Source: Ranitomeya imitator
Taxonomy: Eukaryota
Length of the DNA: 64,000 nt
Direction: 5' to 3'
Assembly: GCF_032444005.1 (NCBI RefSeq)
Contig: NC_091288.1
Span: 40,858,001-40,922,000 of the forward strand
Shown here: one piece after another, positions 1 to 11,382 of the stretch
Layout of the letters: each line of letters begins with the position of its first letter
How positions within the stretch are numbered: the stretch's first letter is position 1
Program-made: the position numbers and the translations under genes
Notes under the pieces: generated by a model
What the model was told of the DNA's origin: nothing
The model's input: only the letters and a program-made list of their open reading frames with translations
The model's database searches: none

Positions 1-3000
1 TGGTGAAGGATTTCATGATCCAGGGGGGAGACTTTACTGAAGGTAAACTTCTCTAAACTTTTCTCCATTTATTGGGGTCCTGTTTAAACTTTTCATTATA
101 CTGAGCACAATTTTTCCCTTCAGGCAATGGACGAGGCGGAGAGTCTATATATGGAGGCTTTTTTGAAGGTATGTAAGAAACCCCCTGTGTAGTCTGCTCC
201 TGCAATCACCTGTTGCTGCTTTTCACTCTTTTCTTGCTAATATATTTTTCCTCCAGACGAGAACTTCACCGTTCAGCACACCAAGGAGTTCTTGCTGTCC
301 ATGGCCAATAGAGGCAAAGATACTAATGGTTCACAGTTTTTCATGTAAGTAGTTACTGATCAAGCCCACCGGCAAGCATGTACAGACCAGGACTGGGCAA
401 GTCAAACCTCCGACTCCACCAAAATGGACACCGACTCCACAGCCCTGGTGCAGACTTGGCATAATCGGCAGTTCTCCCCTCCAGGTTTTAGAGGACAAAC
501 CCTTTAATGGGCAGTAGGACATCGGCAGACTGTCTGTCTTATTTGGGCACTTACACATTACATATGGGCCTGCAGACTTAGGACGTGCCTCGTTAGTCAG
601 AGCAAATAATTGTTGCAAAGAGTCACTTATATAATGGGTAAGTCATGTCCGTTGGAGAAGATGAGTAAAACTTTTTTCAGGACCCTGGTCTAGTGGCCAC
701 ATGAGTTGGCCTTGGCTTCCAGATGGGGATCCCTGCAACCTTCATCCTACCTGCCAGGATCCCTGCAACCTTCCTCCTGCCTGCCGGGATCGCCAATGCT
801 TCTTCTCATTAGTAGGTCCAACGCAACATCATGTTCACATCACGCCCCAACAATGATGTCACACCAGGCGCACACACATCAGAAGAAGATGCCGGCTGAT
901 AGGATGTGGTTTGCATCGCTCCTGTCAAAATAATGTGACCGCTGGACCAAGGTCCTGCAGATCGAATCACTCATCGCTATTAACCCTGTATTATGTGGTC
1001 ACCTCTACAATAAAGTAATACCAGATCACTTCTGTAGATGCAGCTGCGGCCAAAGCCCTGTCCTCAGGACACACTATGCAAATAATAATCAGTTATGGGA
1101 CTTTTGTTATCTGCAAATTGTTAATGAAAACGATTAAAAAAAATATTTTCTAATATCATATGATTGTATTTATCTTGATTGTTTGTTTTTTCTTTCTCTT
1201 TTCGGTGTACTCCTCCCTATCAGAACAACAAAGCCAACTCCTCATCTGGACGGGTAACTAGTTTTGCATTTTGCTTCTACTACACAGCGTGTTGTCTTCT
1301 CTCTAAACTTGGCAACTGACTTCTGTCATTTTTTTTTCCTTAGTCTTCATGTTGTTTTTGGACAATTAATATCTGGACAGGATGTGGTAAGAGAGATTGA
1401 AAATCAGAAAACAGATGCTTCCAGCAAGCCATCAACGGAAGTCAGGATCCAGAATTGTGGAGAACTCGTCCATGTTCAGAAGTCAAAATGTGAGAATGTA
1501 TAATTATTATCCGCATTAACGGGATTCACACTGCGGAGTGTTTGGTTCCCAGATATCTTAAGACACTGTGATAAAGTTTGCATTATGTGCGGATTCTCAT
1601 AAGGATCGTCCAGAAAATAAATCCTAAACTGGCCCATCGGATACAACACTACTTGTCTAGAAGCATTGTTAGTACGGAACTCTTTTTGGATTGGATTAGT
1701 GCCCAAAAGTGTCATTTTTCAAGTAAAGTGGTTGCCCAGTAAAAACAAGTCGTCACTTATCCACAGGTGATAACTTATTGATCAGTGGTTCCGAATGCTG
1801 GAATCTGCACCGATTAGCAGAATGGGGAACTTTTTTCTTTGTTAGACTGGTGCTGACCACCGCTACTTTAATTTCCTATAGGGGCTCCTGAGGGCTACCC
1901 AATCCAATAGACAATGAATAAAGTGCTGGTCATCAGATACCCAACTTCCATTTTGTAGCTAGGATAAAGTTGTACTGTCGGGGTTCTGCAAATCGGTGCC
2001 GATCTCAGTTGTCAGAACTCTGCCGATCAGTAAGTTATCACACCCTTTAATGTATACACCATTTATACACCATTTATCCAAATTGCAGTTTGATTAAAGG
2101 ATGGGGGAGCAGGTTATGGGTGAGATCAAGAGAGAAGTGGCTGCAATCAAATTCTGTAAAGATTCTCTTATAGTGCAATGCATGTGTCAAGAGCCTTTTG
2201 GAGGAAAAGAAAGTGGCTTTAATGATCTGGTCTCAGAATGACAACCTCTGTCCATATACTCTATGTCCACTTGGGACTATGACCCAGGATTGCCACCAGA
2301 AGCAGGTTCTTCTTTTTGGAAAGGTTGTCCAGATAGGGCAAAAAACGTAAAATGACAGCAATCTAACTATGTGAATGAAGATATTGTATGAAAATAAGGA
2401 TTCTGCAATAACAAGTATCTTATGTATTAACCTTCCAACCTCATTAGCGAAGAAAGAGAAGAAAAGACACAAGTCTTCATCCAGCGACACCGATGGCTCC
2501 AGTGACACCGACTCTTCTAATTCATCTTCTGACTCTGGTGAAGAGGAGAAATCCAAGAAGAAAAAGAAGAAACATAAGAAAAATTCAAAGAAGCAAAAAA
2601 AGGAGAAGAAAAAACGGAAGAAGACTAAGAAGAGGTAATTCAGTGCTTGTGTATTGAGATCTGCTGGGGCATGTAAATGCATATAGCACAAATTTACTGC
2701 TAAGACCCCACCAGGAATCCCGTTCCCTCTGTTGCTTCTCAGCCACATGGGACTTTAAGACTTAAAGGGGTTGTCCAAGCTTGGATCTTAAGTTTGCAGT
2801 CATTCTGTGTGACTGCTGACTTATGAATCCTTACAGAGCGCACTGTTAGGATTCTTTGGCCCTGGGAATGGCAGTCACTTGGAATACAAGTGTGATTTGC
2901 ATCCGACTAGACGTATCACGCCTTGCTCAATTCACTTGAACCAGGCTGTGCACGTCTAGTTATAATGTAACCAAATCGCATACTTGAGGTCACGCGCCCA

Positions 3001-6000
3001 CTTGCCCCCAGCACCAAAGAATCTTGACTGTACACTGCGCTGTGAGGATTCACAAGTCTGCAGTCGCATACAATGACTGCAGATTTGAGCCCCAAGCCTG
3101 GACAACCCCTTTAAATGATTTTTCTACTTTTATGACACTCCGCATCCCTGCTGATTAGCTGTATCCATCAGTGTCCGGATGTTAGCAGTGTATGGAGTGG
3201 AACTCCGCAGCGCCATCACGTGATTTAGTGGCCTCTGCACAGTACTGTAGATCAGCTCCTATTCAGATGTGGTGTTATTCTGCTCCGTATCCTGTTTATA
3301 CCTGATTACTGCTGATCCATGGGGATCCCGGATCTGCACCTATTTGATATTAGCAACCTATCCTATAGATCTGTCATCAATATACCATAGTAGTGGAAAA
3401 CCTTTTGAAATGATGGATCATAGATGGAGTTAAAACAAACTAAAAGGACGTCACAATTTTGTTGTTTTCATACGTCTCCTTGGCTAAACTGTGTGGACCT
3501 TTAATTCACATATTGCAGCTGTTTGACATTATTATAGTATTGCTGATTAACACGATTTGACTTTTTTTTTTTTTTTACAGTTCTGAGAGTGAAAATGAAG
3601 ATCAAGAACTACAGGTGACATCCACCGTCCGTCCAGAAGAGATCCCCACTGTGCCCGAAAACAAGTTTTTGATGAGAAAAAGCCCTGAAAGAGCTGAGGT
3701 GATGGAAGCACGAGTAAACAGAGAACGCGAGAGGGAAAGGTATGCGCCTCACTCATCTACCTACCTCCAATAAATACCCAATTTGCTAATTGTCCGAGCA
3801 TCTGTACAGGGGGATGTCTTTTGGCAGGACCATATCGTGCCACTTACCTCTTGGCAAAATAAAGAGAAAAAAATATTATAGTTGTAATTTACCATGAAAA
3901 CATGTGGATCAGACCTGGCTTCCTTGCACTGCAATACATGTTTAGAATTTTGCCTGTTTAGTTAAACTTTACTTATAATATTTCTATAATGCTCCGATTT
4001 CTATGTTTTCATCTTCACAGTTCACTTTATCAGCGAAGACTCTTAGTGACGAGGTCTGGAAGGAAAATCAAGGGTAGAGGCCCAAGAGTATGCATTTCGT
4101 TTTTCTCTCCAATTGATTTGTACCTAATTCTCCCGTATTTATGTTCGTTGTTGATTGTGGGGATGTCTGAACTCCGCACATTACAGTCCCGCAATTCCCT
4201 AATGCAGTCTGCACTGAAAATGTACATCGCTGTATCGTGTGGGCTTCTGCTGTTTTTTTGTTTTATTTTTTTCTCTACAAATGGTTTTTAGGCTAGATCC
4301 ACACTTTTCGATAGGAGGCTTCTGCACCGCTTCCATCAATTGTCACCTGAAGAAGCCCAGTATGCAACCTTTTTTTTTTTTTTTTTATAGCACAAACCTA
4401 ATTGGCTTCATTATAGTCAGTGAGGTCCTTATGGGGCTGTTTTTGTTGGTCATGTGACACATTAGTTTCAGCCGAAATGATAGCTAGCGCTCGCGTGCTC
4501 TTAACAGAATTGCTTTATCGATCCAGTAGTATAAAAGACACAAAAAAGTGGTTGAACACAACAGCACAAAAATTAAATAGGCAGGAGAAAAATATCCGCT
4601 GCGCTCCCATGCAACATATTTCAGATCTACATGGTTTGACAAAGGACAATTTAGGTCTGAAACATGTTGACCTGGAAGCGCAGCGGATATTTCTTTTCTG
4701 CCTATTTAATTTTTGTGCTGTTGTGTTCAACCATTTTTGTGCCTTTTTTATATTTTGGTCTAACATGTTCTATTTAATTTTTAGCGCTACCGTACACCTT
4801 CAAGGTCTAGGTCTAGAGATCGTTTTAGGAGAAGTGAGACTCCTCCACACTGGAGACAGGAAATGCAAAGAACCCAGAGAATGAGATATTCGAGCGGAGA
4901 GCGCTGGATCAAGGGAGATAAGTACGTTGTACCGATACACGTGGCCATTACAGATTGGTCTGGTCCCGCAGTTGGACATTGAGCTCACGTGGTTTACAGA
5001 AGGCAACCAAGATTCTATAATGCCAGCTGTGCACAAACCCTACGCGCCTCCTTTTTGTCACCACCTACCTAATAATATTACCATTGTTTGAAAGTATAGA
5101 CTGTGTAGAGGTGCCAACACTTAACTTGGCATGTTCTTAAGAGGCAGAGCGTATTGGTGCTGTGTTTCGACAAGGCATGAGTTTTAATAAACTCTGAAAA
5201 TCTCCTGTTACCCATGATTAGAGTTGGAGTAAATCAATTTGCAGGACATGATCCATCGGCCATGTCAGTGGTCTTCAGCCGCTGGACGGGAGCCCTGAGA
5301 ACTGCCTCTTATCTGACCGCATCTTGGATCTTCTTGCCTAATGCAACATCTTCGTTGTGGCGTGATGTCTATGTGACATCACGCCTGGCTGGTTAATCGA
5401 AAGAAAAGCCATGAATGCCGTCGAATAAGAATTGATTCTTGTGGCTCCTATCCAGAAGCCACCGATCACTGATGTGGCCGATGGCCCCAGTCCTGCAAAT
5501 CGTTTTGCATCAACTCTACAACTCTTGGTGTGTGACATCCGTGCTATAAGCTTTAGAAAAGACTTCAATATTTTCAGATTTCTCTTTATTGGGATGCCCC
5601 CTGTAGAAATAGCTTATCTTTAGGTACTTATTGCTTTTTTTTTATATATATACAGAAGTGAATTAAATGACAAAGATGATCAGAAAAGTCCTGTTCGCGG
5701 AAGAGAGAGGAAAGAGTCCGGTCAACGAGAAGGTTCTGAGAGTCCGCACAAAAAAAGTGATCACAGGAAGAGAAGCAAAGACCGCAAGCCAAGCAGCAAG
5801 GACAGAGAGTCTAAGGATGTAGAAAATGAAGAAAAACAGGACAAGACCTCGCGGAGAAAAAGAACGTCAGAAAGGAGGAGTGAAAGCAAAGAGAATGTAA
5901 AAAATAGCCGACACGATAAGCAAAGCAGACGTGATGACAGGAGCCGTTCAAGAAGTAAGGAAAGGAGGCACGAGAGGGGAAAGGATAAAGAAAAGCACTC

Positions 6001-6784
6001 AAGTAACAAGGAAAAAGACAAAGAGAGGAACAGGAGTAAGGAGAGATCAAGGCACAGTACGTCAAAAAATGAGAAGGAAAGGAGTACAAGTAAAGAAAGG
6101 GGCAGAAGCAAAGAGCGAACTAAAAGCAGGGATCATCAGAAAAGCAAAGAGAGGCATGAAAAAGGCAAGAGCAAGGAGAGGGAATCTGAGAAGAAGCATA
6201 GATCTAGTAGTAAAACCAAGGAGCGGAGCAAAAGTAGAGAAGATGGCAGAAGAGCTCGCTCAAGAAGTAGGGACAATGACAGAACGAGGAGTGAAGACCA
6301 CACTAAAAGCAAGGAAAAAGACAACAGGAGAAGAGGCCGCTCAAGATCCAAAGAACGAAAGGGAACTCCAGAGAAGTCCAGAGATAAAAGAAGCAGAAGT
6401 AGGGGAGGCTCAAAATCTTCTGATAGGGAGGTTAGTCAGAGCAAAAGCAAAGATTCCTCCAGAAGGGAAGACAGTAGCTCTCAGAAAAAGACCACAGAGC
6501 GGGAAAGCCATAAGAGGAGGCAGTCTCGTAGCAGCAGTCCGGACAGTAAGCGGGTCCGGAGGACGAGCCGAAATCATGTAAGTCCAGATTCCAATACACA
6601 TAGTTCACACAAAGAAGACCGTTCATCCCACCGAAGGAGCCGAGACGAGGAGAAAAAGTCTTCACACGACAAGGAGACGAGCAGAAAGTCCCGCAGTCGT
6701 GAGAGGAGTTCTCCCCAAACTAAAGAAGCAAAATTAAATAACCAATCAAGTCCTACAAGCATTGAAGAGAAAAGTGAAAAATGA
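1..6784 (+). CDS. PPIG: Peptidyl-prolyl cis-trans isomerase G (SR-cyclophilin), 3' part of gene; 5' exons lie upstream of the window. Coding exons: <1-42, 124-168, 257-344, 1224-1253, 1344-1489, 2448-2634, 3581-3739, 4021-4087, 4785-4921, 5656-6784 (TGA 6782-6784)
   Basis: Spliced translation gives the cyclophilin core ([54 protein letters not shown]), a Ser/Lys-rich segment, [49 protein letters not shown] and a long RS/RE-rich last exon open to the stop. All introns are GT-AG and exon phases are consistent. Confidence 0.97.
2766..3110. mobile_element. TTAA-flanked MITE (Kolobok/T2-type) in a PPIG intron
   Basis: TTAA at 2762-2765 and 3111-3114; termini AGGGGTTGTCCA...TGGACAACCCCT are inverted repeats. 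Confidence 0.75.
4543..4740. repeat. Palindromic MITE-like inverted repeat in a PPIG intron
   Basis: Arms GTGGTTGAACACAACAGCACAAAAATTAAATAGGCAG...ATATCCGCTGCGCT and AGCGCAGCGGATAT...CTGCCTATTTAATTTTTGTGCTGTTGTGTTCAACCA are reverse complements. Confidence 0.7.
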
Positions 6785-8398
6785 AATATAAATCTACTGT
6801 TGGCCTGGAGGACATTCAGCTTTTTTTTTTTTAAGCATACATTTTAAGTTCTACATTTTTTTTTTTATATATATATATATTTCTTGGTCTGGATCATTTG
6901 TATTCTTGAGGTTTTTAGTAAACTTTCCCTGCCTGCCCTGAAAAAAAAAAAAAAATTTTAGATGGAAAACTGTGTCAACCAAGGATGATTCTCAGTTTTG
7001 TTCTACTTCTTTTGTTCTGCTTTTCCCCTCGGTAATTTGGCGGCTGAAAGAGAAAAGTATATATTTTCTGTGGGAATATAAAATAGTGCATGTTCTATGA
7101 TTAAACTGATCCTATTTGGCAATGCTTTCATTACCAGTACTCCTATATTGTCGGTCACAGTAGTAGGACGGCACCGTGCATTAACTACCTAATGTTTCCT
7201 TATTGCAGAATTATGGCTTGGAGTTACCCAGGAGTGGTTTTTAATTTTGTATTTTTTTTTCCCTGCAGACAGCAGGACTTCCATGAAAACTAGCACTCAT
7301 ATGGGAAAGTTTGTTGCAAGTGATTTAGCAAAAAAAATTCTTGCAATTCCCCCCCCCCTTATAGGTGCATATTAAAAGTTGAAGATTTTTAGAACCCTGA
7401 TCGTGCAGCCACATCAGTAATCTGTAGCCGCCGAAAATCTCCCTACCTGCAGGTCTACGGACTACCGATGCGACCAGGCCCCAGTCATCATTGCAGACCA
7501 GAGAATAAGATGGGCTCCCCTGTTTTTCACCCCTAAAAAATGAAGTTGATTGCTCATGAATATATGTGGCATGTCACGCCTGGGTTTAGATTTCCCCCCT
7601 AAAAAAAAAAAAAAAAAAAGCTTCACTGATGAATTTTGTTTTACGATCTTTATTTCTTTTTTCTTAATTGCTGGTGATATGTTTTTGTGAAGTATAAATC
7701 TTTTTGTTTTCTGTATCCAGTAACGTGTGTTCTTTATTACTGTACATAATCTGAATTAGCCGGTACCATTAAAGGTGAGACCTGCAGTCTTTTTTTTTTT
7801 TTTTTTCCACTCCCCCCATAATCCAGAGAGTATCTTGTCAGTAAGCCTAACCGCACACTGCATCGGTGTATTTAGCCCTCAGTATATGTCTGGATATATT
7901 CCTGACAAATGTTGCAATGTCTAATAAGTCTCCATTCACTAGATGCAGATCATACAAGTGGTCTTATGGCCCTTCATCTGGCTAGTATACATCTTCATAC
8001 CTTTGCTGTACAGGAAAGCACAGTGCGACAGTGGCTCTCTATGCTAATCCAGACTGTGGCTGCAGTATGACAGTGGCGATAAGCAGTGTTGTGTACGTGG
8101 CCTCATTGGTGGCTACACACGACCAACCCCAGAGATTCCTTTGCAGAAATTGTGCCAGTATAATTTGCTATACTTTGCATCTATGATAGTAGACCACAAA
8201 CTGTTTTTCTGATTTGCTTAACTAGTGAGATTTTTTTTTTTGCTTCATTTTCCCCAAAACAAGTTAATTTTTTATTAAAGATGCAAAGTTTTTTTTTTTT
8301 TTTTTTTAGTGCTCTCATAGGCTACTCATGGTTGATAGTTAATTGCCTAGACATGGTAAATGATATCAGTTAATGTAAGTGATTACCTTTTATAGGAA

Positions 8399-8539
8399 TT
8401 TCTTTATCGCCTCTCATTGGGGGACACAGGAACCATGGGTGTATGCTGCTGCCACTAGGAGGCTGACACTATGCAAATAAAAAAGTTAGCTCCTCCTCTG
8501 CAGTGTACACCCCACCGACTGGCATTAAACTCTTCAGTT
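8399..8539 (+). repeat. DIRS-A left inverted terminal repeat
   Basis: Starts TTTCTTTATCGCCTCTCATTGGGGGACACAGG; its inner part is an exact reverse complement of the right ITR at 14527-14651. Confidence 0.95.
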
Positions 8540-9860
8540 TAGCTTAGTGTCAGTAGGAGGTGGACACGGGTCTTTCTTTAGACCCTTATCTACCTCAATG
8601 TGCGTCGTTTCTTTTCAGGTTTTTTCCGGATGGGATACAGGGTGAGCTGTCACACCTGTAGTCCCTCAAGCGGACTATGAGTACGGCGTGTACTGCCACC
8701 CCGTATCCTCATAGATCCCTCAGCAGGACCAAGAGCCTGGCACACAAGCGTGCTCAGAAGTCCGGTCCTGGCCCGTCCCCCACCCACTCGCCCACCAGAG
8801 CCTGTCGGTCGGAGGAGACGAGGACGTCCATCAGCAGCTCCTATGGACGTCTGATACCTTCTCAAGGTTAGTAGCAGACGACGGGGGATTTTACTAGGTG
8901 AGTATTTCTAAAGGGGTTCCCAGGACTCAGCGCGGGTCATCGCTGCATTTGCAGCACTTTCCCCGTTCCCTGCGCGGTGGCTACCTTTCCATGCCCCACC
9001 GCGTTCCTCCAGCGGTCGCCGTTCTTCCTTCAGGCCCCGGCCTCCCGGGGCCTGCTTGCGGCACACTCCTGCCTGCAACTTTTCCTTCAGCGGTCGCTGG
9101 CTCCTAATTTAGGCCCCGGCCTTTCCCGGGGCCTACTTGCGGCGTACCAGCTGCCCTCAGCGTTCCCCCCTCAGCGTTCTATGCGGGCCTCTCCGGCGGC
9201 GCTCACCTCCACAGCCAGCTGGGGCCTACTCCGGCGATTCTTCACCGGCGGCAGCGCTCCCTCTCTTAAATGCGGCGGCTGCCGCGCCGCTCTGCCAGGC
9301 AGCGTCTGCGCCGCGGGGATCTTCTCTCCGGTCACCGGCTCCTAATTTAGGCCCCGGCTTTTCCGGGGCCTACTCCGGCAACTCTTTTCTGGCGGCAGCG
9401 CTCTCTCTCTTTCATGCGGCGGCAGTGTCTGCGCCGCGGGGGTTCTTCTCAGCGGGCACCGGCTTCTAATATAGGCCCCGGCTTTTCCCGGGGCCTACTT
9501 CCGGTGCCGCGCTCCGCCCACTTCCTTCTTCATCGGGCGGGCTTTTTTTCCCGCCCGACATACTGTGCCTGCTCATCGGCGCCCCCCTGTCTGGCTCCGC
9601 CCCCTTCCTCCAGGGACAGCGTCTGTGTGTGCTCACCGCTTCTTAGCTGCAGGAGCTCACGCAGCGCGCCCCACACCTTCGCCACTGCATCCTCCGTGGG
9701 CACAAAATCTGCACAGAATCCAGCACCTCAGGGCAGGAGTTCTCCTCCGGCAAGTGGGACATCTTCCAGGACGGGTCCGTAAGTAGCTGCACTGCAGACT
9801 GACACCCCCCTCTGCCCCACTGTCCCCTAACCCACTGGCATCTTCAGAGGACCTCTCAAA

Positions 9861-11351
9861 ATGTCTACCTCTAAAGGGGGCCGCTCTCTCCCCCCTACTT
9901 CTTCTTCTGCCTTAGTCACGTACTTTGCTTGTTCGTCCTGTAACAGCAAACTTACCTCAGGTCAGTCCTCCCCGCTGTGTCAGTCCTGCAGCAACCCGAT
10001 TGTTCCCACCGCCCAGGATCCCCCGGCTGTTCCGCCCGAGAGTGATCCCCCCATCCCAGGATGGGCCGCCTCTCTGTCACAATCGGTGGCCGATTTAACA
10101 CGGGTATCTCAAACCCTGGTGTCCGCGCTGGATCGGTTACCCCTGCAGACCCCGGCCGTAGCCAGTGGGTCACAGGAACCGCCGCCAGAGCTCTCCTTGA
10201 TAAGCCACAAAAGGTCCAGACAGGAACATCGGTCTGAGTCCTCTTCGCGCTCCATCTCGCCGCTCGGCCCTCCCCCGCGGTTGGTGTCCCACCGATCCTC
10301 CTCCCCTGAGTCAGGCGAGGCATTATCTGATGCGCCTTCGGAGGATACTTCGGAGCTGGATCCTAACCAAATCGCCACCATGAGTGAGACAGTCCAGAAC
10401 CTCATTGGGGCAATAAACCAAACATGTGGCATCAAGGATCCCTCTACGGGACCCGCAGATCAGGCGGTTTCGTTTAGACGGGCCAAACCACCTTCAAAAT
10501 TTTTCGCTCCTCATCCTGAATTCGAGGAAATCGTGTCCAGAGAGAGAGAGAACCCCACTAGGCGTTTTCAGAGGGGAAAACGCCTGGGTGTGTTATATCC
10601 TTTTCCTCCAGAACTTACCGCCAATTGGTCGGCCTCTCCCTCGGTGGACCCCCCTGTTTCCAGGCTGTCCACCAACACGGTGCTTCCTCTGTCCGGCGGA
10701 GCATCTCTGAAGGATTCTAACGATAGAGTTATAGAATCCTTCGCGAAATCTGCTTTTGAAGCGGCTTCAGCGGCTCTATGTCCAGCCTTTGCGTCCACTT
10801 GGGCTTCAAAATCCATCTCAAAATGGGCCAAGGATCTTCGGCGAGGTATCCTGGATGGGGCGCCTCCCGCGCAATTAGTGGAACTTGCCAACCAGATTTC
10901 CCACGCTGGTGAATACCTGGTTTCCGCCTCCCTGGATGTCGCGTCTTGTGCGGCTCAAGCTTCCAGCAATGCCGTTGCCATCCGCCGGACCGTTTGGCTC
11001 AAGGCCTGGCAGGCGGACTTGTCCTCCAAAAAGTCCCTCACTAGTCTGCCCTTCCAGGGCTCTCGCCTCTTTGGTTCCCAGCTGGACCAAATAATTAAGG
11101 ACGCCACCGGGGGTACAAGTTCTCTTCTCCCCCAGGCTAAGCCTCGTCGCCCTCCTCCTAGACGACAGTTTCGTCCTTTTCGGCATTTTCGTCGCTTGGC
11201 TGCGTCAAACTCCTTTTCCCAGCAGCAACAGAGGCCACAGGCACGTCAAGAGAAGAAGGTGGTGTCCTTTAGGCCCACTCCGTCCTGGCGTCCTCGTTTC
11301 TCCCAGGGTAGATCCTCCAGGCCCAGGACTGGAAGATCCACCTCGGCATGA
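9861..11351 (+). CDS. DIRS-A gag-like ORF1, 496 aa
   Basis: ATG start, N-terminal CxxC...CxxC (CSSC...CQSC), and conserved blocks shared with DIRS-B and DIRS-C (VSFRRAK...FAPHPEF, DPPVSRL, ASNAVAIRRTVWLKAW.AD.SSKKSLTSLPF). Confidence 0.9.
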   Translation: MSTSKGGRSLPPTSSSALVTYFACSSCNSKLTSGQSSPLCQSCSNPIVPTAQDPPAVPPESDPPIPGWAASLSQSVADLTRVSQTLVSALDRLPLQTPAVASGSQEPPPELSLISHKRSRQEHRSESSSRSISPLGPPPRLVSHRSSSPESGEALSDAPSEDTSELDPNQIATMSETVQNLIGAINQTCGIKDPSTGPADQAVSFRRAKPPSKFFAPHPEFEEIVSRERENPTRRFQRGKRLGVLYPFPPELTANWSASPSVDPPVSRLSTNTVLPLSGGASLKDSNDRVIESFAKSAFEAASAALCPAFASTWASKSISKWAKDLRRGILDGAPPAQLVELANQISHAGEYLVSASLDVASCAAQASSNAVAIRRTVWLKAWQADLSSKKSLTSLPFQGSRLFGSQLDQIIKDATGGTSSLLPQAKPRRPPPRRQFRPFRHFRRLAASNSFSQQQQRPQARQEKKVVSFRPTPSWRPRFSQGRSSRPRTGRSTSA

Positions 11352-11382
11352 CTCTCGGCAAGACTCCAGCCCAACTCCCAGA

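Noticed and set aside
5761-6762. Leu/Ser-rich antisense ORFs and the 216-aa plus-strand ORF at 5931-6581
   Set aside because: Shadow frames of the purine-rich RS-domain exon of PPIG; the true frame (5657-6784) is a different one.
11348-11351. ATGA stop-start overlap as the pol initiation codon
   Set aside because: This ATG is in the third frame in all three elements and opens only 12-27 codons; it is not in the pol frame.
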